NCBI GenBank assembly: GCA_017499595.2
Contig: CM039005.1
Location: forward strand, 372,001-436,000
Length of the DNA: 64,000 bases
Direction: 5' to 3'
From: Psilocybe cubensis
Taxonomy: Eukaryota
In this document: positions 1-8,404 of the stretch, in pieces
Position numbering within the stretch: the first letter of the stretch is position 1
Layout of the letters: each line of letters starts with the position of its first letter
Notes under the pieces: generated by a model
The model's database searches: none
The model's input: the letters and a program-made list of their open reading frames with translations, nothing else
What the model was told of the DNA's origin: nothing
Made by a program: the position numbers and the translations under genes

Positions 1-1055
1 CGATGGGTCATTTTCTAGATATTGAGGGTCTTTTATACGCGATTCTGGAGGTACGGCATTTTCCACCCCACCTAGCCAAATCCTTTTGGTTGCTCCAACG
101 CCCTTTTGCAATTTCCGTCAATTCTAATGGAAGAGGAGCGCATAGACGTGAGCATGACAGGTTTCATAACTTCATAAACGATTAGGCCTGCCTGTCCGAA
201 TTTCTTATACAAAATCACAATATTTGGAGCTATGGATGTTGGACCTAGATGTCCTACCTCCGAAACGAGTGTCTTTCCAAGGAAGTTCTAGATGAAGACC
301 ACCTGAAATAGACATATTGGTTAGACATATTCCCACTGACTGGTGCTTTCTAAGCATTTCCAGTCAGGGTTGTAACATTCACCGATACGCCTTTGGACCA
401 AGATGCATACCAGTATCATACTGGCAATTTGTCAATGAAAAACACTGAACCTTCCACTCTATGTTTACGATGTAAAGCTATAAGATTAAGTGTGAATGCG
501 GTTATTAGGTACCTGACATGCAGTCAACATCTACAACTAGTATGAATTGAAGACCACAGAAAAAGATTCCAAGCCCAGATACTCTTCAGATGAAATAGAA
601 TAGCTTTTGTACCCCAAATACAAGGATGCTCTTCACTTTCTCGGTCTTTTCATGTGGAAAATGCTATACGGTTCTAGACTGGCTCATTCTAGCTATGCGA
701 CCTCTTTCGGGAAGTCTTCATGCATGCCAAAAGCCGACGGATATAGCCGCTCGCATAAAATTGCAAGAGCCGCCCGGTGGAAACGTTGGCGCAGTCTGGT
801 TCTACCTATAGATCGCGAGCGCTAATATGTAGGCATGCAAAGTTGAAGTACTCTTGCCATCATTTCTGGTCGAAGCTGAAGAGCTTGCTACATTGAGAAT
901 TTATAGACTTTTGATTATACATGTATATTACACAACAGTCTGATATGTTACAACTATGCTACGTCTTGTATATCTTAAGGATAAGAAATTGAGATATTGG
1001 ATCCCCAGTTTCATAACAAGGTCACTCACGCCTCATTGGAATTGGATCACGAAGA

Positions 1056-1487
1056 TTAGCATACCGCGCCTTCAGGAAGACTGAAACATCTGAGTGGGGC
1101 CAACGGGGTGTAAGCAAATTATCCACTAAATGGAGGTCGTGGCACTTACTTGGGATATGGCACTGCTCGACAACATTTCAAGTTGTGTCTACCTGACAAC
1201 CATACAATATTTAGCACAAGACCACTGCTACTGAGAAACGTTTGTTACAATCCTGCAAAACGAAACATTGTGCGTAAATATCAATTGAAGAACATGGCGT
1301 ATAAATTGACATACAGAATCACTGGCGCCTGGATAAAGGAGCATTATAAATGCGACTGTCAGCCACAACGCCTTTAAACCTAGAAAAAAAACGAACATTG
1401 GGCTCCAGGTCCACCACCTGGAATAGCTAGGACAGCCGAGGTGGAAAACAGCAAGACTAACGCTGTGAAAGTAATGAATTTGAACAT
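1056..1487 (-). CDS. Small secreted cysteine-rich peptide (knottin/ICK-like C-C-CC-C-C), 5 exons, 61-64 aa
   Basis: Hand-spliced exons 1487-1397, 1328-1315, 1252-1240 (or 1252-1249), 1192-1150, 1089-1056. All introns are GT..AG, 47-68 bp and phase-compatible. Product: MFKFITFTALVLLFSTSAVLAIPGGGPGAQCASDSDC(NKR)RHNLKCCRAVPYPKCFSLPEGAVC*. Hydrophobic signal peptide; TATAAAA upstream. Confidence 0.8.
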
Positions 1488-1556
1488 GGTTATAGGTGGT
1501 GAGGTGTCTTGTCGAGCTGAGCGATGCTATTGAAGAATGAGTATCTTAGGCCGCCG

Positions 1557-1563
1557 TTTTATA
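1557..1563 (-). promoter_or_regulatory. TATA box of the secreted peptide gene
   Basis: TATAAAA on the minus strand, 70 bp upstream of the ATG at 1487. Confidence 0.55.
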
Positions 1564-2334
1564 CACAACTGCAAGGCCTCGGTCGGCACTTTCCAGCTCG
1601 TCTAGAGCCCTGCAATTGGGGTATCAACATTTCAAGTTGAATATTGCCAAGAAACACTTTTAATTCTAAAGGTGACGTGAGAGCGCTCCAGGTCACCTTA
1701 CGTATGTCAACTGCGACGCCTACTGCACGTTCCACAGCATTTCCGGACGCCATTCGACAAAAACGGGGCTTAGAGACTAGAGGCAGTAATGGAAAGACAG
1801 GCACACGGAGTCAAAAATAGCGTGCCAAGTGCTTTCCGGGGCCATGTGCGCATAAAATAGATACATACCAGGGCAGAAGGGGCAGTTAGGGCGCTCCAAG
1901 CTTTTGACCCTACAATATTGGAGATCCCTAACATTTTCTTCTTCAAAAGTAGGCACAGCGGGGATATTGGTGGAGCACACGACAGTAACTTTAGGAAGAA
2001 TACGGAGGATGACCTGAGAAATTTACGGAGCAACCCCGACACAAGTTCCAGGTTTACCGTCCAAGATATTGCCTGAGAGCCGACTAGAGCAAGCGAAGCG
2101 AAATTGAAATTCAGGTCTTATTCTTTTCTGATTGTCAAAATATCAAAACTAGAAACCCTTTTGTAATTTTATCCTGTCAAATTTTGAGGTGTTCGAGGGC
2201 GTTCGTTGAAACCATACAAAGATTAGGAAGTCGGGCCAAAGTCGGAACAAAATCGGACCTGAAATAGATGCAGAATTCATTCGGAGAATGAATGCATCAC
2301 ACGTGATGACGATAACTCAATGCCATTCAGCAAA

Positions 2335-2426
2335 CACGTCGGGATATTCAGAATATGAAGTTCCCACGAAGTGGGTAATCGAATGTTACAAAATATTTGA
2401 AATATAATAAGGTTTTAAATGATGCA
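2335..2426 (+). repeat. Left terminal inverted repeat (92 bp)
   Basis: CACGTCGGGATATTCAG...TTTTAAATGATGCA is the exact reverse complement of 8162-8253. Confidence 0.95.
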
Positions 2427-2928
2427 GCTTTAGCTGGTGAAGAGAGATTAAGAGTGTGATTCTCTCGCATTAGGTGAGAATAAGCAAAGGAGTGTATGTA
2501 AAGAATGTATGTAGCTAGCAACCTGATGTCAATGATATCAGGGTTTGGGTGGGGAGCACCACCAAATCTGTGAGAGTCTGAGGTCCATGGTGGTCAGCGG
2601 CTAGACAGGGAAAAACAGAACAAATGGGAGACCAACGTGGAAATGCCGTGCGTAACGCTAAGACTCGCTGATTTTGGATGGTGCAACCAACTCGAAATGC
2701 GAGGGAATACTCCATGAGGCTGTGGAAGAGTCCAAAGTGAGCAAGGACCCCCAAAAGACCAGAGTAGGAGGGAAAGCAATGCCCGACGACGCGTCGAGCG
2801 AAATGGAGGACTCCCACACATCAGGAGGCGGGCAATACACGGGGAAAGGAAAAAACGCGACAGAGGAAGAAAACGTAGCAGGAATAGACACTCACGAGAA
2901 ACACAAGTTCACGGGTTGGAACGTCAGT

Positions 2929-5900
2929 TCATCCCCGAACGGGCGGGATGTTGAGTGTAATGCGATTGAACTCCGCAAAACATGCGGAATTCTGAATATA
3001 GGGTGCCAGGACCTTGGCGTGCTGGCGGAGATAGTTGGCAAAGGCGTCACTAGACCAACGACCCAGTGCCTTCACCACCTCAAAGGGGACCCCGCGGAGC
3101 AAATACTCCAACACCGCGCCAATACGCAAGCCATGTCCGTGCAGCGGTTCAAGACCTGCCGCTGCTGCCGCCTTCTTGATGCGATCCAAAAAGGCTGTTC
3201 TTGTGAGCGGCCGCCGTTTACCAGATGCCGCGTGTGTGTAAGAGAAAAGAGACTCATTGCTGAGAGGGGAGTTGATAAGAAAGTGGTTGGCGAGAGCGGC
3301 TTCGGGATCAGATGGGCCATCTTGACGGGCCCAATACACCTCCTCGCCATCCGTGGGTGCACACTTTGTGCGGGGGATGAAGAAAACGGTTGTAGCATTG
3401 CCGGCGCGGTCGGTTACATAAGAAATGTTGGACTTCTTCACATGAGCATCAGGGTCAAAGGAAGCGAGGTTGCGAACTGTGAATTCGCCCAGGCGTGCGG
3501 CCGACCAGAAAGTTGACGTCAGACAAGCAAAAACGGCGGCGTCGAGTGGGACAGCAAGGTCAAGATGAGTCCGTATCGAGCTGATAATAGAAGGAGTGAA
3601 AGGTGCCCGCTTGGGGCGACGAGAGGAACGAGGTGCAAGCTTCATGCCAGCGGCAAGGGCGGCATCCACTTCAAGCTTGTTGTACACAAGCTGATGCCCA
3701 TGAAGTGTATGCCATGCACGAATGCCATAGAACATGTTAGAAACCTGCGCACCAGAGTACAGACCCGCGCACGAGGAGAGAAAGGCAAGGAGAAGGATGT
3801 TGGTTAATGGGCAGCGCTGTTCCTCGGGAACTTCACGAAGATCACACCAGACATGAAAAACAAGAAGCGCACTGCCATATGCGCTACTCGTTCCATCAGC
3901 ATATCGAGCACCCAGGACAGTAAGAACGCGGTCTAGATCATGTTCTGACAGAGGAACAGCATGACCTGCAGCGTCGAAGGCGGTCCGCGACGTTGCTGGG
4001 ACCCATTTGAGCAAGCGCTCCGCAGCTACACAGTGTGGGCAAAGTGGGGATGGAGCTGGTACCAGATCTGCACGGTATGGACGGGCGCGACGTCGAGAGG
4101 AAGGAGACTTCGTGGGCAAAGCAGGTCTCAAAGGGGAAAGGAGAAGCGCACGCGAGCGACGGGGTGTGATGGGGTTACCCAGCACGGCTGTCCCAGTGCG
4201 GGCGATAGAGCTCAAGTTCGTCAACGAAGAGCCGCGCGTTAGTCGGCTCTCGCGATGGGCGATCAGCTGCTGGAACTCTGTGTTTGAGGGTTTGGCTAGA
4301 AAACGCGGCGGATCTGGTGGTGGTTGCAGCGGGGCTGTCAAAACTGACAATGAGGTCGTGGAGACACGAGGGCAAGGTACATGGTGGGAGAAGAAGCGAC
4401 TGCGACGGATAGATGCCCCGTGAGGGGCCGTCGGCTGGATTGTCATCGGAGGGGACGTATGCTGTAAAGATGGACTCATCGCGGTTGTTGCTGGAGAGAA
4501 ACGCGAGTATGCGTTTGAAGACCGTGTTGACGGCTGGATTTCTGCTCCGCCGGTTCCACCAACCTTCAACAACGCCCATGTTGTCTCCGTAGATTCGGAG
4601 GCGAGGGGTGTCTGGTGCAATGGCACAGAGTGTGTAGACAAGAAGCTCGAAGCCGACAGCTTCAGCCCATCCAATATCCCGTTTGCCATTAAGGGTCTGC
4701 CATCCGGGAAGAAGGCACCATGCACGCCAGCGGTTTCCAATGATGATTGCGATGCCAAACCCAGAGCTGGCGTCAGAGAAGGCTCTGACATCAGTGACCG
4801 CAACCGGGACTGGGATGGGACGCGCGAGGATGGGTTGAGATAATTTTCCCTTCCACCACTCGAGGTCGGCAGCAAGTGATTTGGGTGCGTGGCGAAGAGC
4901 GAGAGGACGCAAACTGGTGGCAAATCCACGGAGCATTGCTTCAAATCCAGTGAGATACGCGCGTCCAGCGGGAACCACACAGGTACAGTGGAGAAGCTTC
5001 CCATACAGTTTTTGGACGTCTTCGAGAGAATGTTGAGACGCAGACAACCACGCCGCAATAGCATCCAGGTATTTTGACTTCTTGCTGCCTTCAATGCACA
5101 CTGTGCGAGTTTCAAGGCACCACCCATAACCTGTGAAAGTGGCATAAGATGAGAAAGGTATGTCTTTAGCAGCCTCCCATGGTGTCCCGGTCTCTGAAGA
5201 AATAGAATCGATATCTGCAAAGCAATAAGAAAAACGGCTATCCTCCAGGGACCTGGAGGAAACCTGAGAGAGGTCCTGCAAAGGAAAACGGCAATCATCA
5301 TCAGATTCCTCAACCGTGCCATCCACCAACAAGCCTCCAGTATAAAACACCCGACCACCCGAAAACTGAGGGCCCGACTCAGCAAACCGAACCGCAGCGC
5401 GGGTACGCTGTGCATTGTACTGTAAAAGAAACTTGCGAAGAATGCGAATGAAAAGATGATCATCAACCCACTTGGTGATGGGGCCAATGCCACGAGAGCG
5501 AAACACATCCACTGTGGCATCTTGAATGAGGCCAAACACACCGCCGGATGGTGATGCCCCAAACGCGCCTCGGGTGTCAACGCAAAACTGGTCATCTCCA
5601 ATGCGGACAGCAGCAGCAGGCCACTGCGAAGGATGCAGAGGTACGGTGCGGAAGGCCTCAGATACATCCCGCACGGCAAGCTGTGATCCAGGTGGAAGAC
5701 GGCCCAGAAGCAGAGATACAACCGAAAAGGAACCCCAGGTGCAAGGAAAATTGGAAGCACAGGTATATGAATTGATAGAAGGGTTGGGAAACGAGGAGGA
5801 AGGTGAGGAGGGAAAGGAGAAATTCTGAATGATGCGGAATTTTCCTGGGCGGCCTGGCTTTGGAATGATCGAGAAAGGAGAAGTTTGGAAAGGGCCGATG

Positions 5901-6354
5901 AGAGATTCAAGATCGGCCCTCGTGAAAGGACCAATATAACGACCTTTCTCGAGCTCGAGTGCAATAATGTCATTGAACTCTTGTTGGAATTGCTTGACAG
6001 ATGGGCGATTAGGTGGGGATTGAGTAATGGAAATAGAAGGAAAATCAAAAATGAAACCGTGTTGAAACCCGTATACAAGAAAAGGGTATTTTTGGTGAAG
6101 GCCAGACTCGTCAAGTAAGCGCTTCCAAGTGGCAGCTGGGTAGAGACACTTAATTTGAGTGCGCCTGAGCTCGAGAGCATTTCTGGGCGCCATGGGTGAA
6201 TGAACCACACCCTGAACAGCGGTGTCTGTCTCCATGGCTGGACTGTGTGCACCCTTGTGTGGTCTGCCAATCGAAGCAGAGGGTCTGGCGCGAAGATTTG
6301 ACGACGAGTGTTCTGCCCTCGCGGTCTGCGAAGGACGGGTGACTTCCATCCCAA
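2929..6354 (-). CDS. Tyrosine recombinase ORF of the retroelement (YR domain in ~2929-3950; true start unknown)
   Basis: Catalytic motifs FWSAARLGEF (R), RTKC (K), GHGLRIG (H-x-x-R), LGRWSSDAFANYLR (W, Y). The frame stays open across most of the RT ORF. Confidence 0.9.
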   Translation of the reverse strand: MGWKSPVLRRPRGQNTRRQIFAPDPLLRLADHTRVHTVQPWRQTPLFRVWFIHPWRPEMLSSSGALKLSVSTQLPLGSAYLTSLAFTKNTLFLYTGFNTVSFLIFLLFPLLNPHLIAHLSSNSNKSSMTLLHSSSRKVVILVLSRGPILNLSSALSKLLLSRSFQSQAAQENSASFRISPFPPHLPPRFPTLLSIHIPVLPIFLAPGVPFRLYLCFWAVFHLDHSLPCGMYLRPSAPYLCILRSGLLLLSALEMTSFALTPEARLGHHHPAVCLASFKMPQWMCFALVALAPSPSGLMIIFSFAFFASFFYSTMHSVPALRFGLLSRALSFRVVGCFILEACWWMARLRNLMMIAVFLCRTSLRFPPGPWRIAVFLIALQISILFLQRPGHHGRLLKTYLSHLMPLSQVMGGALKLAQCALKAARSQNTWMLLRRGCLRLNILSKTSKNCMGSFSTVPVWFPLDARISLDLKQCSVDLPPVCVLSLFATHPNHLLPTSSGGRENYLNPSSRVPSQSRLRSLMSEPSLTPALGLASQSSLETAGVHGAFFPDGRPLMANGILDGLKLSASSFLSTHSVPLHQTPLASESTETTWALLKVGGTGGAEIQPSTRSSNAYSRFSPATTAMSPSLQHTSPPMTIQPTAPHGASIRRSRFFSHHVPCPRVSTTSLSVLTAPLQPPPDPPRFLAKPSNTEFQQLIAHRESRLTRGSSLTNLSSIARTGTAVLGNPITPRRSRALLLSPLRPALPTKSPSSRRRARPYRADLVPAPSPLCPHCVAAERLLKWVPATSRTAFDAAGHAVPLSEHDLDRVLTVLGARYADGTSSAYGSALLVFHVWCDLREVPEEQRCPLTNILLLAFLSSCAGLYSGAQVSNMFYGIRAWHTLHGHQLVYNKLEVDAALAAGMKLAPRSSRRPKRAPFTPSIISSIRTHLDLAVPLDAAVFACLTSTFWSAARLGEFTVRNLASFDPDAHVKKSNISYVTDRAGNATTVFFIPRTKCAPTDGEEVYWARQDGPSDPEAALANHFLINSPLSNESLFSYTHAASGKRRPLTRTAFLDRIKKAAAAAGLEPLHGHGLRIGAVLEYLLRGVPFEVVKALGRWSSDAFANYLRQHAKVLAPYIQNSACFAEFNRITLNIPPVRG

Positions 6355-6601
6355 ATGCGCGGGAGGCGACAGGATCGAAAGTCGTGGGAACGGCGGCCCA
6401 AACAGACAGCGCAGGCGGGCTCCGATGCTGCGCCGCTCCGAAAACCCTGAGGCTGCTTGTTGTTCTCACGGGGTTGGCGGTAGGGAGAAGGAGATCGACG
6501 ACGTTTGGAGTCACGATGATTGCGAGGAGGGCTGTCAGAGCGCATATGGGACTGAGTGGAACGTCCCAACCGATGGGTGTCTGCTCTGTCGTGAGACCCA
6601 C
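4175..6601 (-). CDS. Reverse transcriptase / RNase H ORF of the retroelement
   Basis: SPFSIIPKPGRPGKFRIIQNFS, RDVSEAFR, FGASPSG, WVDD (~5460-5471); RNase H motifs FSDASSGFG, WAEAVG, YGDNMGVV, DNPADGPSRG. Confidence 0.93.
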   Translation of the reverse strand: MGLTTEQTPIGWDVPLSPICALTALLAIIVTPNVVDLLLPTANPVRTTSSLRVFGAAQHRSPPALSVWAAVPTTFDPVASRAFGMEVTRPSQTARAEHSSSNLRARPSASIGRPHKGAHSPAMETDTAVQGVVHSPMAPRNALELRRTQIKCLYPAATWKRLLDESGLHQKYPFLVYGFQHGFIFDFPSISITQSPPNRPSVKQFQQEFNDIIALELEKGRYIGPFTRADLESLIGPFQTSPFSIIPKPGRPGKFRIIQNFSFPSSPSSSFPNPSINSYTCASNFPCTWGSFSVVSLLLGRLPPGSQLAVRDVSEAFRTVPLHPSQWPAAAVRIGDDQFCVDTRGAFGASPSGGVFGLIQDATVDVFRSRGIGPITKWVDDHLFIRILRKFLLQYNAQRTRAAVRFAESGPQFSGGRVFYTGGLLVDGTVEESDDDCRFPLQDLSQVSSRSLEDSRFSYCFADIDSISSETGTPWEAAKDIPFSSYATFTGYGWCLETRTVCIEGSKKSKYLDAIAAWLSASQHSLEDVQKLYGKLLHCTCVVPAGRAYLTGFEAMLRGFATSLRPLALRHAPKSLAADLEWWKGKLSQPILARPIPVPVAVTDVRAFSDASSGFGIAIIIGNRWRAWCLLPGWQTLNGKRDIGWAEAVGFELLVYTLCAIAPDTPRLRIYGDNMGVVEGWWNRRSRNPAVNTVFKRILAFLSSNNRDESIFTAYVPSDDNPADGPSRGIYPSQSLLLPPCTLPSCLHDLIVSFDSPAATTTRSAAFSSQTLKHRVPAADRPSREPTNARLFVDELELYRPHWDSRAG

Positions 6602-7774
6602 CCCATTTTGCTAGTGCGTCGGACTGGACAGCGAGTAAAGCATAAACAGCAAAGTATAAGGCATAAAGCGGAAAGCAGGGTGCATGGTTGGAGAGAGTAA
6701 GGGTCGAGAAAATAAAGCAGCGGTGATAAAGCGGCGGGGGGTAAAGCAAAGAACGGCAAGCAACGAGCGTAAAGCAAACGGCGTGTAAAGCAATATGTGT
6801 GATGCACGGGGGAGCAGAATGAAAATAACAGCGGGTTAGTTTGATACACTACTGAGAAAGAGAGGAGCACGCACCCTCGCTAGTTCGTGTTGTGCATCTC
6901 TGGCATCGCGGTCGTCGTCTATAACCTTGGCTTTGATTTTCCTGTACAGCTCGTCGCTGAAGCCCGCCAGATCCCAGCCTCCTTCACCGGATGCAATGGA
7001 GATATGCCAATCCTTGCGAATACTCTCCTGGTAGGTAAAAAGCGCGAGGCGATTGAGGCGACCAGGGTCAAAACGCGACGAGTGGTTCTCGATGCCTTCG
7101 AAAAAACCAATGAACATGAGAACACGTTCGGCTGGCCAGCCGGCGCGGCGAATCGCAGTAATAAATCTGGCAGTGGCAACATGAAATTCCTCCCACGTCA
7201 AGTCTTTATCCGGGACGATGCTGCGTGAGTCTTTAGTTACAAGAGAAGGAACAAACGAGGCAACCCCAGATTTCCAAACAATGGACATGGATTCGTCGGA
7301 CGTGGCGGCATGGGCGCTAGCACGGGCGTCTGCAACGCCGGCATTTGTGAAGTACCAAAGTTCGACGTACTTGGCAGCGTCTAGACGGCGAAGGGCGGCG
7401 GGGTTGATGACGACAGGGAGGTCAACCGGGATTGGGCGATCAAGAACAGGGCAAAACTTTGCTCGGTTCTTTTTCACTTCCTCCAAATGGGCAGCCTCTG
7501 CATCTTGTTTGAGAAGCTGTGCGGCCTGGTCAGCCGCTTCCTTATCGAGGCGCGCGCGTTCCTCGGCCCTGGCAACCTCGTCTTCGCGCTGTGCTTGCCA
7601 CGCGGTTTTTTGAACCTCGTTCATGGCGTGCCATATAGCAGTCAGCGCCGCTACGGCTTGTTCGTCGGTGGCGCCCGGGACGGCAGTTTTGTGGGCGTCG
7701 CGAACGGCTTGAAACGCAGGGAGCGTGTAATCCGGAGGGACAGCGTCCGTAGGATCGTCTACAATGCGTGCCAT
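6150..7774 (-). CDS. Gag-like ORF1, two exons (7774-6875, 6623-6150), C-terminal Cys/His zinc fingers
   Basis: ATG at 7774 (MARIVDDP); YVELWYFT motif; phase-0 intron GTGCGT..TCCAG joins HELAR to SDALAKW; CAVCLGRRSH...C and CSGCGSFTHGAQKC zinc knuckles. Confidence 0.75.
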
Positions 7775-8161
7775 GGCGGGAAATTTTTTCTGAGAGGCCG
7801 ATTTACTGAGTTCTGACGAACAGAGACTGAAAGGAAATTTTCTTGGACGATCTAAGGGTGGATGCGTCCAAAAATTGTTGCTTCGTCTGTGTGGTGAGAG
7901 GGAAAGCGGTGTCGCTCTCACCCGCTGACTCAGCACATAGTAGCCGTTCAGCGATCGTAGCATTTCATTACACTTCACACTGAACATAATTGATATAAAA
8001 TATCTTGGTCTCAAAGAGGATGATTCAGATTTAATATACAAGTCATTCTTGAAATGTACTTTATGTATAAAATTTATCACAACATTCTTTAAAGATTTGG
8101 ATGTTGCCATGTAATTACAATCTTAGTTAACATATGTATTTCTTTTGTATTTAAAGCATGT

Positions 8162-8253
8162 TGCATCATTTAAAACCTTATTATATTTCAAATATTTTGT
8201 AACATTCGATTACCCACTTCGTGGGAACTTCATATTCTGAATATCCCGACGTG
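8162..8253 (-). repeat. Right terminal inverted repeat (92 bp)
   Basis: Exact reverse complement of 2335-2426. Confidence 0.95.
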
Positions 8254-8404
8254 AAATGCACTCCACTTCGATTCGGCGATTCTGAATGTTTTTTTGCGTC
8301 TTGCCTAATCAAAATGGCATAACAAAGTGATCTGAATATTACTTCTATTGCTTATAAGCGGCCAAAGTCCTTTTTATAAGGTAGCTAAAGGCATGCCATT
8401 AAAT

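Larger units (their letters stand above)
2335..8253 (-). mobile_element. 5.9-kb unit: tyrosine-recombinase (DIRS/Ngaro-type) retrotransposon enclosed by 92-bp terminal inverted repeats
   Basis: gag, RT/RNase H and YR ORFs on the minus strand; perfect inverted repeats at 2335-2426 and 8162-8253; AAA on both flanks (2332-2334, 8254-8256). Confidence 0.9.

Noticed and set aside
1-830. Possible degraded plus-strand gene fragments
   Set aside because: Several stops, no consistent splice model and no recognisable family
2674-3516. 280-aa plus-strand ORF
   Set aside because: Antisense shadow of the GC-rich YR gene; no motifs
7775-8110. N-terminal 112 aa of ORF 6836-8110
   Set aside because: Runs through the AT-rich region next to the TIR; the likely gag start is the ATG at 7774
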